From: an archaeon
GTDB taxonomy: Archaea > Nanobdellota > Nanobdellia > Pacearchaeales > GW2011-AR1
DNA length: 64,000 nucleotides
Reading direction: 5' to 3'
Assembly: GCA_018651605.1 (NCBI GenBank)
Contig: JABIDS010000013.1
Location: 64,717-128,716 of the forward strand
Notes under the pieces: generated by a model
The model's input: only the letters and a program-made list of their open reading frames with translations
Database searches by the model: none
What the model was told of the DNA's origin: nothing
Shown here: one piece after another, positions 7,133 to 15,608 of the stretch
Numbering within the stretch: position 1 is the stretch's first letter
Layout: every line of letters starts with the position of its first letter
Position numbers and translations under genes: made by a program

Positions 7133-7445
7133 TTGTCTTTAGTATTTTAATAAAATTAATTAGTAATATAAAACTTCCTATTACTGCGAGGATTCCGAAG
7201 ACATCAAACCATATTGTAGGTTTTAGCTGATTACTGAAGAACATTATTGGGAATAAAAGAAAAAATCCAAACCACATTATTTTTTCAGGTTTTATGTTTG
7301 CTTTTTTTTGAATGAATAATGCTATGAGAAGTCCTAGTCCTGAGCCAACTGCTATCCATATTCCTAATTCATCTTTCATGAGTCCTACTATTATTCCTAC
7401 TGCAGCTCCAATTAAAAAGTATGTCCAAAATTCTTTGTGTTTCAT
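7104..7445 (-). CDS. 113-aa membrane protein (array member 2)
   Basis: ORF track. Contains GAAVGIIVG and AVGSGLGLLIA glycine-zipper segments. Confidence 0.6.
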   Translation of the reverse strand: MKHKEFWTYFLIGAAVGIIVGLMKDELGIWIAVGSGLGLLIALFIQKKANIKPEKIMWFGFFLLFPIMFFSNQLKPTIWFDVFGILAVIGSFILLINFIKILKTNGKNKKTNK

Positions 7446-7454
7446 TTTAGGTAT

Positions 7455-7634
7455 TTAATCTTTCATAAATGTTTTGATTAGTCCGAAAAGGATGAAACCT
7501 ATTCCAAGTCCAATCATTGTTCCGACTGCAGTGTTGTTGTAGTAGATTCCAAGTCCTATTCCTATCATTAGTGAACCCACGAAAACTAGTCCGCCTGCAG
7601 TGTCTGACTTTGATTTATTTTTTTGTTTTGCCAT
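7455..7634 (-). CDS. 59-aa glycine-zipper membrane protein (array member 1)
   Basis: Hand translation: MAKQKNKSKSDTAGGLVFVGSLMIGIGLGIYYNNTAVGTMIGLGIGFILFGLIKTFMKD. It is below the ORF-track length cutoff. Confidence 0.5.
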   Translation of the reverse strand: MAKQKNKSKSDTAGGLVFVGSLMIGIGLGIYYNNTAVGTMIGLGIGFILFGLIKTFMKD

Positions 7635-7718
7635 TGTATATTCTGGGAAATATATTTTATAAATGTTGTGATGGTTTTTAAGAGGAAGGTTTAAATGTAT
7701 TAGGGTTTTTAATTAAAG

Positions 7719-8426
7719 ATGAAGATTGATTTAAATATATCACAAAAACAAGCTGTAAATCTTTTGAGATTTTTATATCCTCTTTGGGCTTTGGTTGGAT
7801 TGTTTAGTATTGCATATATTCCTAGTAAATTTATTGTATCTGGAGATGCTATTGTTACTGCGAATAATATTATTGCTAATGGATTATTATTCCGTTTAGG
7901 GATTGCTGGAAATCTTTTAACTCATTTAATTCATATAATTGTTGTTTTGATTTTATATCAATTATTTAAATCAGTTGATAAAAAACAGGCTATGCTTATA
8001 GTTATCCTTGGTTTGATTGGAGTTCCTATTGCAATGTTTAATGAAGTTTTCAAGGCTGCAGCATTATTATTGATAAATAATCCTGAACAAATGATGTTCT
8101 TTCTAGATTTACATGGTATGGGAATAATTATTGCATCTGTGTTTTGGGGGTTATGGTTAATACCTCAAGGAATGTTAATTTACAAATCTGGATATTTTCC
8201 AAAAATATTTGGGCATTTAATGATTATTGCAGGAGTTGCATATACTACTATGGCTTTTGTTCAGATTATTTTTCCGCATCTCACAACAGTTATTTCGATG
8301 TTAGAGATGATAACTATGGGTGAAGTCTTATTTATGATTTGGGTTTTGTTTAAGGGTGCAAAGTTATCTGGTGATGGTGTTGATGTGGAGAAGATGAGTG
8401 AAGGAGAAGTTGTTAGTTTTGATTGA
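7719..8426 (+). CDS. polytopic membrane protein (DUF4386-like by pattern)
   Basis: ORF track. Six or so TM segments. The N-terminal pattern (...IVTANNIIANGLLFRLGIAGNLL...) resembles DUF4386, but this is unverified. Confidence 0.6.
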   Translation: MKIDLNISQKQAVNLLRFLYPLWALVGLFSIAYIPSKFIVSGDAIVTANNIIANGLLFRLGIAGNLLTHLIHIIVVLILYQLFKSVDKKQAMLIVILGLIGVPIAMFNEVFKAAALLLINNPEQMMFFLDLHGMGIIIASVFWGLWLIPQGMLIYKSGYFPKIFGHLMIIAGVAYTTMAFVQIIFPHLTTVISMLEMITMGEVLFMIWVLFKGAKLSGDGVDVEKMSEGEVVSFD

Positions 8427-8463
8427 TGAATGATTTCGATAATCTTTTAAAGTATGTTTTGTA

Positions 8464-8682
8464 ATGTATATAATGGTAAAAGAAAAAAAGAAGTTAATTG
8501 AAAAAAGGAAATCAATCTTTGATTCATGGTGGTTTAATGTAATTATGGGTGTTGTGGCCGTGGTGGCGCTTGGTGATAATATTGTTGTAGGTTATCAATC
8601 TGGGAGTTATCAATATATTAGGATTGTTATTTGGGTGGTTCTTAGTTATCATTTTATTCGAGAGGTTGTGAAGAAGAGATAA
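8464..8682 (+). CDS. small membrane protein, hypothetical
   Basis: ORF track. Two hydrophobic segments after a K-rich N-terminus. Confidence 0.45.
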   Translation: MYIMVKEKKKLIEKRKSIFDSWWFNVIMGVVAVVALGDNIVVGYQSGSYQYIRIVIWVVLSYHFIREVVKKR

Positions 8683-8900
8683 TTCTTAAATTTCATAACG
8701 CAAAGCTTTAAATTATCTTAATTTCTATGTTTTTATAAGCCATACCCTTGGCATGACCTTTTCAAGGCCTCCATCGCACTCAGAAAATTTTTGAAATTTT
8801 CTGATTCTTCGATTCTAAAGAATCTTCAGATAATGTTATTGCATGACTATTCTATTATCGATGGATTTATAAAACAGATTTGCTATGCAAATCTGAATAA

Positions 8901-8981
8901 GCCACCATCGCATAATGGTATTGCACCGGCTTGCTAAGCCGGGCCCTTCGGGGCTCCCCGGTTCGATTCCGGGTGGTGGCG
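8901..8981 (+). tRNA. tRNA-Ser (GCT)
   Basis: Folds as GCCACCA TC GCA-TAATGGTAT-TGC A CCGGC TTGCTAA GCCGG, then a long variable arm GCCC-TTCG-GGGC TC, then CCCGG TTCGATT CCGGG TGGTGGC G. All stems are Watson-Crick, and the class II variable arm and G73 fit Ser. Confidence 0.9.
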
Positions 8982-9035
8982 TTGGAATCTCACTTTTGGT
9001 TTCCCTGTGGGGATGACTCAACTTCGGTTGAGCCG

Positions 9036-9051
9036 CGATTCCGGGTGGTGG
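9036..9051. repeat. 16-nt direct duplicate of the tRNA-Ser T-arm/acceptor 3' end
   Basis: CGATTCCGGGTGGTGG occurs at 8964-8979 (inside the tRNA) and again at 9036-9051. The spacer contains a CTCAAC-TTCG-GTTGAG hairpin. Confidence 0.8.
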
Positions 9052-9114
9052 TGTATTTTAATTTATTAACAACTTTTATAAATATACTTTGCCTCTTTTA
9101 TTTAGGTAAAAAAG

Positions 9115-9699
9115 ATGGTAGAGTTAGAAGTTGAAGTTAAGGTTCGTTTGAGTGATAAGGAGGCTGTTGAGCTTCGGAAAAAGATAAAGAAGATTGCGAA
9201 TTTTAAGAAAAAGGAATCTCGGACTGATGATTATTTTGCGATTAAGAGAAAGGGTTATCCTAAGAAGGCGTTTCGGATTCGGAAGGCTGGGGGCGAGTAT
9301 GTTGTTAATTTTAAAAAATGGTTGACGCAGTATTGGGATAGGCAAATTGTTGTTAAGGAAGAGTATGAGTTTAAGACGTTGCATCCTGATGAGTTTCTTG
9401 TTTTGATGGATGATTTGGGTTTTAAACAATGGTTAAAGAAATTTAAGACAACAGAGAAATATACTTATAAGAAAGATAAGAGGGTGATTATTGAGATTAA
9501 TTTTGTGAGGCATCTTGGTTATTTTATGGAGATGGAATATATTGCTAAGCCTAGTGAGATGATGAAAGCGAAGAAGAAATTGAGAGATGTTTTGGATGAG
9601 TTGGGGATTCGGCAGAAACAGGTTACGAATAAGGGTTATACTAAAATGCTTTGGGATAAGGGTAAGAGGGGAAGGAAGTATTTTGTGGATGTTGGTTAA
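9115..9699 (+). CDS. CYTH-domain protein (triphosphate tunnel metalloenzyme / class IV adenylate cyclase family)
   Basis: The N-terminal MVELEVEVKVRL carries the ExExK signature. Its size of about 190 aa and basic beta-strand pattern are typical of the family. Confidence 0.7.
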   Translation: MVELEVEVKVRLSDKEAVELRKKIKKIANFKKKESRTDDYFAIKRKGYPKKAFRIRKAGGEYVVNFKKWLTQYWDRQIVVKEEYEFKTLHPDEFLVLMDDLGFKQWLKKFKTTEKYTYKKDKRVIIEINFVRHLGYFMEMEYIAKPSEMMKAKKKLRDVLDELGIRQKQVTNKGYTKMLWDKGKRGRKYFVDVG

Positions 9700-11650
9700 A
9701 ATTGTGAAATACATTACAAAAAAAGGTGGGAAGTATTGGCCTTCGGCTGAGATGAAAAAGATCGCATGGGTTAGTGATAATAAGATTTATGCTAAGGCTT
9801 TGAAAAATCCTGTTAAGTTTTGGGAGGGTTTGGCTAAGGAAGGGATTAGTTGGGAGTCTAAATGGAAGAAGGGTTATGAGGAGAAGTTACCTTATTTTAA
9901 ATGGTTTGTTGGTGGAAAGTTGAATTTTTCTGTTAATTGTTTGGATAGACATTTGGAGAAGAAAGGAGATAAGATTGCTTTGACTTGGATTCCTGAACCT
10001 TTAGAGGAGAAGTCAGTAAAACTGACATATAGAAGTTTACATTCTAAAGTTTGTAAATTTGCAAATGTTCTTAGAGGGTTTGGAGTTAAGAAGGGTGATG
10101 TTGTTGCTGTTTATTTGCCAATGATTCCTGAGGCTTTGATTACAATGTTGGCATGTGCAAGGATTGGTGCGATTCATTCTGTTGTTTTTAGTGCTTTTGC
10201 TGCTGATGCTCTTAAGGCACGAATTGAAGATGGTTCTGCTAAAGTTTTGGTTACTGCTGATGGTTATTATCGTCGTGGTAAGAAGGTGAGTTTAATTGAA
10301 AAGGCGAAGAAGGGGAGTAAGGGGACTAGTGTTGAGAAAGTTGTAGTTGTTAATAGGCTTGGAGGTTCTGTGAAAGGTTCTAAATTTGTGGATTTTAATT
10401 CTGTTTTGGAGAGTGCTGATGAAGAGTGTAAGCCAGAGATTATGAAATCAGAGGATACGCTTTTTATTTTGTATACTTCTGGTACTACTGGAAAGCCGAA
10501 GGGCGTGATTCATGATACTGGAGGTTATGCTGTTCAGGCATATTGGACTACGAAGTGGGATTTTAATTTGCATGATGATGATGATGTAATGTGGTGTACT
10601 GCGGATGTGGGGTGGGTTACTGGACATACATATGCTTTTTATGGGCCGTTGTTGAATGGTGGGACAAGTTTGATTTATGAAGGGAGTCCTGATTTTCCTG
10701 ACTTTTCTCGTTGGTGGAAAATTATTAAGGAGAATAATGTTAGTGTTTTTTATACTGCACCTACTGCGATTAGAATGTTTATGAAGTCTGGTGAGAAATT
10801 TATTAAGTCTAAGGATTTGGAGAGTTTGCGTGTTTTGGGAACAGTTGGTGAGCCAATTGATAATGATGCATGGAATTGGTATTTGGAGAAGATAGGTGGT
10901 GGAAGGTGCCCGATTATTGATACTTGGTGGCAGACTGAAACTGGTGGGACTTTGATTACTGCTTTGCCTGGAATTGGACCTTTTGTTCCGACTGTTGCAG
11001 GTATGAGTTTTCCTGGTGTTCAGCATATTATTGTAGATGATAAAGGTGTTGAGAAAAAGAAAGGGGAATTAGGTTTTTTGGTTCAGAAAAGTCCGTTTGC
11101 TCCTGGAATGTTGCATGGTGTTTATAAGAATCATAAGAAATATGTTGAGACTTATTGGAGATTTTGGAAGAAATTTAAGAAGCCTTACTATGATAGTAGT
11201 GATGGAGCTTTTGTTAATAGGGATGGTTTGATTAGGATTACTGGGCGGACTGATGATGTTATGAAAGTTGCAGGGCACCGGATGTCTACTGCTGAGTTGG
11301 AAGATGCTATTAATGTGCATAAAAAAGTTAATGAGTGTGCGGTTGTTCCGATTCCTCATAAGATTAAGGGCGAGGTTCCTGTTGCGTTTGTTGTTTTGAA
11401 ATCTGGTGAGGGTAGTGAGGAATTGATTGCTGGGTTGAAGAAGCATGTTGATAATAAATTAGGGCCAACTGCTCGTCCTGCTGTTGTTTATTTTGTTAAA
11501 GATTTGCCTAAGACTCGAAGTGGAAAGATTATGAGAAGGATTTTAAAAAGTTTGTTAGCTAAAGAAGAGCCGAAAGGTTTGATGACTCTGGTTAATCCTG
11601 ATTCTGTGGAGGCTGTGAAGGGGGTGATTGGAGATGTTAAGGGAGAGTAG
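9689..11650 (+). CDS. acs: acetyl-CoA synthetase (AMP-forming)
   Basis: Contains YTSGTTGKPKG, WWQTETGG and KTRSGKIMRR, together with the Acs-specific N-terminus (YWPSAEMKK...FWEGLAKE). The ORF track start at 9587 lies inside the upstream gene; ATG 9689 or GTG 9704 is more likely. Confidence 0.9.
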   Translation: MLVKIVKYITKKGGKYWPSAEMKKIAWVSDNKIYAKALKNPVKFWEGLAKEGISWESKWKKGYEEKLPYFKWFVGGKLNFSVNCLDRHLEKKGDKIALTWIPEPLEEKSVKLTYRSLHSKVCKFANVLRGFGVKKGDVVAVYLPMIPEALITMLACARIGAIHSVVFSAFAADALKARIEDGSAKVLVTADGYYRRGKKVSLIEKAKKGSKGTSVEKVVVVNRLGGSVKGSKFVDFNSVLESADEECKPEIMKSEDTLFILYTSGTTGKPKGVIHDTGGYAVQAYWTTKWDFNLHDDDDVMWCTADVGWVTGHTYAFYGPLLNGGTSLIYEGSPDFPDFSRWWKIIKENNVSVFYTAPTAIRMFMKSGEKFIKSKDLESLRVLGTVGEPIDNDAWNWYLEKIGGGRCPIIDTWWQTETGGTLITALPGIGPFVPTVAGMSFPGVQHIIVDDKGVEKKKGELGFLVQKSPFAPGMLHGVYKNHKKYVETYWRFWKKFKKPYYDSSDGAFVNRDGLIRITGRTDDVMKVAGHRMSTAELEDAINVHKKVNECAVVPIPHKIKGEVPVAFVVLKSGEGSEELIAGLKKHVDNKLGPTARPAVVYFVKDLPKTRSGKIMRRILKSLLAKEEPKGLMTLVNPDSVEAVKGVIGDVKGE

Positions 11651-12062
11651 TTTTAAAAAAGCACAATCAGGGATTATTGTAACAATTTTAATTGTGTTAT
11701 TGGTTTTGGGAAGTTTTGTTGTTCTTTGGAATATTGTTTATATGGTTGTTAGAGATAGTAGTGATGAAATTGGAATTGAAGGTTTTGTAACTAGGTTTGA
11801 AATTGAAGGTGTTAGGTTGGATAGTGGAAATGTTTATGTTAATGTTCATCGTGTTAGTGGAGATGAAGTTGTTAAGGAATTGAAGTTTGTTTTTTATTTG
11901 GATGGTGATGTTGTTGGTGAAGGTTCTAAGAGTGCAGATATTCCTAGTGAGATGGAGAGTGAGGAGTATGAGTTTTTGGGTATGGTAGTAGATATGGTTG
12001 GAGTTATTCCTGTTTTTGAGGATGGGAGTTTTGGGTTGGAGGTTGAGGGTGTTGTTGGGTGA
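11628..12062 (+). CDS. pilin-like protein with class III signal peptide
   Basis: FKKA-QSGIIVTILIVLLVLG: a basic stretch, a small residue, Q at +1, then a hydrophobic helix. Confidence 0.5.
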   Translation: MEMLRESSFKKAQSGIIVTILIVLLVLGSFVVLWNIVYMVVRDSSDEIGIEGFVTRFEIEGVRLDSGNVYVNVHRVSGDEVVKELKFVFYLDGDVVGEGSKSADIPSEMESEEYEFLGMVVDMVGVIPVFEDGSFGLEVEGVVG

Positions 12063-12091
12063 GAGAGTTATTTTATAATATTTTCCACCTC

Positions 12092-12276
12092 CCTATAAAC
12101 ATCATTTTATTTCATTGCCCGCCCTACTCGTTCAAGCATTATCTCCATCTTCCTATAAACATCATTTTATTTCATTGCCCGCCCACCCTCCCTGAATGAA
12201 TGATGTTTAATTCCCCTTCCTTTTTAATTGATAATGCTTAAACTCGCCCTCCCTGAATGAATGATGTTTAATTCCC
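12092..12276. repeat. composite nested palindrome built from two 33-nt and two 30-nt direct repeats
   Basis: DR1 CCTATAAACATCATTTTATTTCATTGCCCGCCC lies at 12092-12124 and 12152-12184. DR2 CCCTCCCTGAATGAATGATGTTTAATTCCC lies at 12186-12215 and 12247-12276. AAACATCATT pairs with AATGATGTTT, and CAAGCATTATC pairs with GATAATGCTTA. The central loop carries CCCGCCCACCCTCCC (12178-12192). Confidence 0.85.
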
Positions 12277-12396
12277 ATTATTTATCTTATTATTAATTTT
12301 TAAATATGATTTGATAATTTTAATCTCCGCAATCTTTAAATAACCTTATTGTATTTTTCTTTTATTGCAGTTCTTTTTTTGAATTGTCTGATAAAA

Positions 12397-13968
12397 ATGA
12401 GAGTCAATATTTTAATTGGAGGAAAAGCTGGACAAGGAATTAATAAGGTATCTGAGATTGTGTCGAGAGTTTTGACTGGAAGTGGTTATTATACTTTTAA
12501 TTATCGGGATTATCCGTCTTTGATTCGGGGTGGACATAATTTTAATGTTTTGTCTGTTAGTGATGCACGGGTTGGGAGTGTAGAGAGTAAACTGGATATT
12601 GTTGTTGCGATGGATGATAAAACTGTTGAGTTGCATAAGGGTGAGTTGAAGAAGGATGGGATTGTTATCATGTTTGAAGAGTTTAAATCTTTGGGAAGGA
12701 ATTTGAATATTGCTTTGTCTGGAGCTTTGATTAAGATTTTAGGAATTGATTTGAGTGTTTTGATTGAAGAGATTAAAAGTCAGTTTAAGGAAAGTGATGA
12801 GGCTGTTGTTGCTGCTGAAAAGGGTTTTGAAAGTCAGGAAAAGAAATTTGATTTTAAAAAGTTGGGTGGAGAGATTGAGATAATGCATGGGAGTAAGGCT
12901 GTTGCTTTGGGTGCTGTTGAGAGTGATATTGATTTGTATTTGGCTTATCCTATGACTCCTGCGACAGGTGTTATGCATGAGTTGGCTGCTAGGCAATATG
13001 ATGGGAAGTTTATGGTTTTTCAACCTGAGAGTGAGGTTGCAACTGTTAATGCTGGATTGGGTGCTTCGTTTGCTGGTGCTAAGGTTATGATTGGTAGTAG
13101 TGGGGGTGGTTATGATTTAATGACAGAAGGTTTGTCTCTGCAAGGTATTTCTGAAATTCCTTTAGTTGTTTATTTGGCTAGTCGTCCTGGGCCTGGGACA
13201 GGTGTTCCAACTTATAGTTTACAAAATGATTTGGATGTTGCTTTACGAGGAGGGCATGGTGAGTTTCCTAGGGTTGTGATTGCTCCAGGAGATCCTATTG
13301 AATGTGTTGGTAGTGTGAATGAGTGTATGTATTTGAGTGAGAAGTTTGGTTGTCTAAGTATTTTGTTGAGTGATAAACATTTGGCTGAAAGTGAATTTAG
13401 TTTTGATAAGAAATGTTATGATAAGAAGGTTAGTAAATTGTTGAAGGTTGATGTTATTCGGAAGATTCCTGGAGAAGGAATTGTTAAAGCTTCTTCTTAT
13501 GAACATGATGCTGATGGGAATACTAGTGAAAGCGCTGAGTTGTGTCGGAAGAATGCTGATGCTCGTGTTGCTAAGTATGGAAAGATTAAGAAAGAGTGTG
13601 AAAAATTTGAGATGGTTAAGTTGTATGGTCCTAAGGATGCTAAGAATTTGGTGATTGGTTGGGGTTCTACTAAGAGTGTTATTTTGGATGCTTTGGATTC
13701 TATTGATGGTTCTATTAAAAATGGGAAAGGTGATTGGAAGTTTTTGCAGGTTTTGTATATGAAGCCTTTGTCTTCGAAGATTCGGGAAGAGATTGAGAAG
13801 GTTTCAGAGGGGGGAGGGAATGTTATTTTAGTTGAGCAAAATGTTACTGGGCAGTTGGGTAGATTGATTAGAGAGAAGACAGGATTGAAATTAAATAATA
13901 GGATTTTGAAATATGATAGTCGTCCTTTTTATTGTGATGAGTTGAAGGAGGAGTTATTGAAATTTTAA
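12397..13968 (+). CDS. 2-oxoacid:ferredoxin oxidoreductase, fused gamma-alpha subunit
   Basis: The N-terminal gamma module reads MRVNILIGGKAGQGINKVSEIV...YPSLIRGGHN. The alpha module reads GSKAVALGAVESDIDLYLAYPMTPATGVMHELA. This is the two-subunit OFOR architecture. The ORF track start at 12349 is probably too long. Confidence 0.85.
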   Translation: MRVNILIGGKAGQGINKVSEIVSRVLTGSGYYTFNYRDYPSLIRGGHNFNVLSVSDARVGSVESKLDIVVAMDDKTVELHKGELKKDGIVIMFEEFKSLGRNLNIALSGALIKILGIDLSVLIEEIKSQFKESDEAVVAAEKGFESQEKKFDFKKLGGEIEIMHGSKAVALGAVESDIDLYLAYPMTPATGVMHELAARQYDGKFMVFQPESEVATVNAGLGASFAGAKVMIGSSGGGYDLMTEGLSLQGISEIPLVVYLASRPGPGTGVPTYSLQNDLDVALRGGHGEFPRVVIAPGDPIECVGSVNECMYLSEKFGCLSILLSDKHLAESEFSFDKKCYDKKVSKLLKVDVIRKIPGEGIVKASSYEHDADGNTSESAELCRKNADARVAKYGKIKKECEKFEMVKLYGPKDAKNLVIGWGSTKSVILDALDSIDGSIKNGKGDWKFLQVLYMKPLSSKIREEIEKVSEGGGNVILVEQNVTGQLGRLIREKTGLKLNNRILKYDSRPFYCDELKEELLKF

Positions 13969-13969
13969 G

Positions 13970-14821
13970 ATGGATGCAAATGAAATAAAACAAAATATTG
14001 GAACAAAGGAAGTTAATACTTGGTGTCCTGGATGTCCGAATTTTTTGATATTAGAAAGTGTGAAGAAAGCTGTTGCTGAGATGATTTCTAAGGGTAAGGT
14101 TCGGCAGGAGGATTTTGCAATTACAACTGATATTGGATGTCATGCGAAGATTTTTGATTATTTGAATTTGAGTGGGATTTATGGGTTGCATGGGCGAGCT
14201 TTGCCTACGGGGCTTGGTTTATGTTTAGGTAATCCTAATTTGAAGGTTTTGAGTTTTATGGGTGATGGTGCGATTTATTCTGAAGGTGCTGGACATTTTT
14301 TTAATATTGGAAGATTTAATCCTAATATGGTTTTGATTGTTCATGATAATCAGAGTTTTTCTTTGACAACGGGACAGCCGACTCCGACTTCACAGCAAGG
14401 GTATAAAAGTAAGGCAGAGCCGATTGGAGAGGTTGATGTTCCTATTAATCCAATTAAAGTTGCTTTAGGTTTGGGAATTGGATTTATTGCAAGATGTAAT
14501 GCTCGTGATTTTAATCATACTGCTGAAATTTTGAAGAAAGCTATTAATTATAATGGTTTTGCGTTTGTTGAGATTATTCAGGATTGTTTGATTTTTAATA
14601 AAGATATTAATGGGAAAGATAAGATGATGTATAAGGTTGAGGATAATGCTGATATGAAGAAGGCGTATAAGATTGCTGATGAGTGGGATTATAATGGGAA
14701 GAAGGGAAAGATTGGGCTTGGTGTTTTGTATTCTGTTGAGAAAGAAAGTTTAGATGAAAAATGGCATGCTTTGGGAAAGTTGAAGTCTGAGGGTGTTGGT
14801 TGGAAGGGGTTTGATAATTAA
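13970..14821 (+). CDS. 2-oxoacid:ferredoxin oxidoreductase, beta (TPP-binding) subunit
   Basis: Contains WCPGCPNF, DIGCH and MGDGAIYSEG (the TPP GDG motif). It starts 2 nt after the alpha subunit stop. Confidence 0.85.
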   Translation: MDANEIKQNIGTKEVNTWCPGCPNFLILESVKKAVAEMISKGKVRQEDFAITTDIGCHAKIFDYLNLSGIYGLHGRALPTGLGLCLGNPNLKVLSFMGDGAIYSEGAGHFFNIGRFNPNMVLIVHDNQSFSLTTGQPTPTSQQGYKSKAEPIGEVDVPINPIKVALGLGIGFIARCNARDFNHTAEILKKAINYNGFAFVEIIQDCLIFNKDINGKDKMMYKVEDNADMKKAYKIADEWDYNGKKGKIGLGVLYSVEKESLDEKWHALGKLKSEGVGWKGFDN

Positions 14822-14879
14822 TTTTCCCCTTAAGTAATATTTATAAATCTTAATTTCTTTATACTAATAAGAGGTTAAG

Positions 14880-15608
14880 ATGGTAAATTATTTTTTAGAA
14901 GTGTATGATAATCTTTCGTATTTTATAGGCTTGACTTTTGACATTGAAGTTTTATGGAATGTTGTTCCTTTGGTTATTGCTACGTTTTTGATTTTACTTT
15001 ATTTTGAAAGGTATAAGGAGGAGCAGGGGGGGTGGAATAGTTATTTGACTAATTCCTTGGTTTTGTTGTTTGTTTCAATAGCTCTTTTTAGATATATTCA
15101 TGGGCTTAGTGATTTGGGTGTTCAGAATTTTGTTGATTATTATCCTAAGACTATTGCAGTTGTGTTTCTTCTTTTGATTAGTTTGCTTTTGTTGAGATTT
15201 AATTTTGAGCATTTATTGCCTAAACAATTTGCTAAGTATCTTAGTTCTACTCTTACTGTGAATTTAACTGCTTATGGTATTATTTTGTTTGTCTATTCTG
15301 ATTTGATTTTTGGTTGGATTGTTATTGTATCTTTGATTGTTTTAATTTTGTTATTATCTGTTTTATTAAATGCCTTAAAGAAACCTTTTGGAGTTTTTTT
15401 TAATTTTGTTGAAAGAGAAAAGTTTCGTGAACAATTGAGAAATATAAGAGAATCTATTTTTCAAATTAAAGAGTTGAAGCATGAAGTTGTTTTTAGAGAG
15501 AAGAAATTAAAGGAAGTTAAGAAGAAAGAAATTAAGGAAGAAAAACAGGCTAAGAAAGCTAAGGAAATTGCAGATAAAGGTTTGAAGGAAACTAAAGGGA
15601 AAATATAA
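14880..15608 (+). CDS. polytopic membrane protein with a K/E-rich coiled-coil tail, hypothetical
   Basis: ORF track. TATA-like ATTTATAAAT at about 14839 and GAGGT 5 nt before the ATG. Confidence 0.6.
   Translation: MVNYFLEVYDNLSYFIGLTFDIEVLWNVVPLVIATFLILLYFERYKEEQGGWNSYLTNSLVLLFVSIALFRYIHGLSDLGVQNFVDYYPKTIAVVFLLLISLLLLRFNFEHLLPKQFAKYLSSTLTVNLTAYGIILFVYSDLIFGWIVIVSLIVLILLLSVLLNALKKPFGVFFNFVEREKFREQLRNIRESIFQIKELKHEVVFREKKLKEVKKKEIKEEKQAKKAKEIADKGLKETKGKI

Noticed and set aside
8700-8835. Hairpins upstream of tRNA-Ser (CAGAAAATTT-TTG-AAATTTTCTG and GATTCT-AA-AGAATC) as another copy of the dispersed repeat.
   Set aside because: The boxes that define the family (TCTTGAAAT, TAGAAGTTATG, GATGAGTTTT) are not clearly present. 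I cannot assign it with confidence.
8836-9134. ORFs 8836-9021 (minus strand) and 8931-9134 (plus strand).
   Set aside because: Both are translations of the tRNA-Ser gene and its duplicated 3' end. The TTG start of the plus-strand ORF is tRNA-Ser positions 32-34 (anticodon loop).
12092-12276. A possible CRISPR array, suggested by direct repeats with a 60-nt period.
   Set aside because: Each repeat type has only two copies, and the spacers are complementary to each other. The whole region is a nested palindrome, and there are no cas genes.
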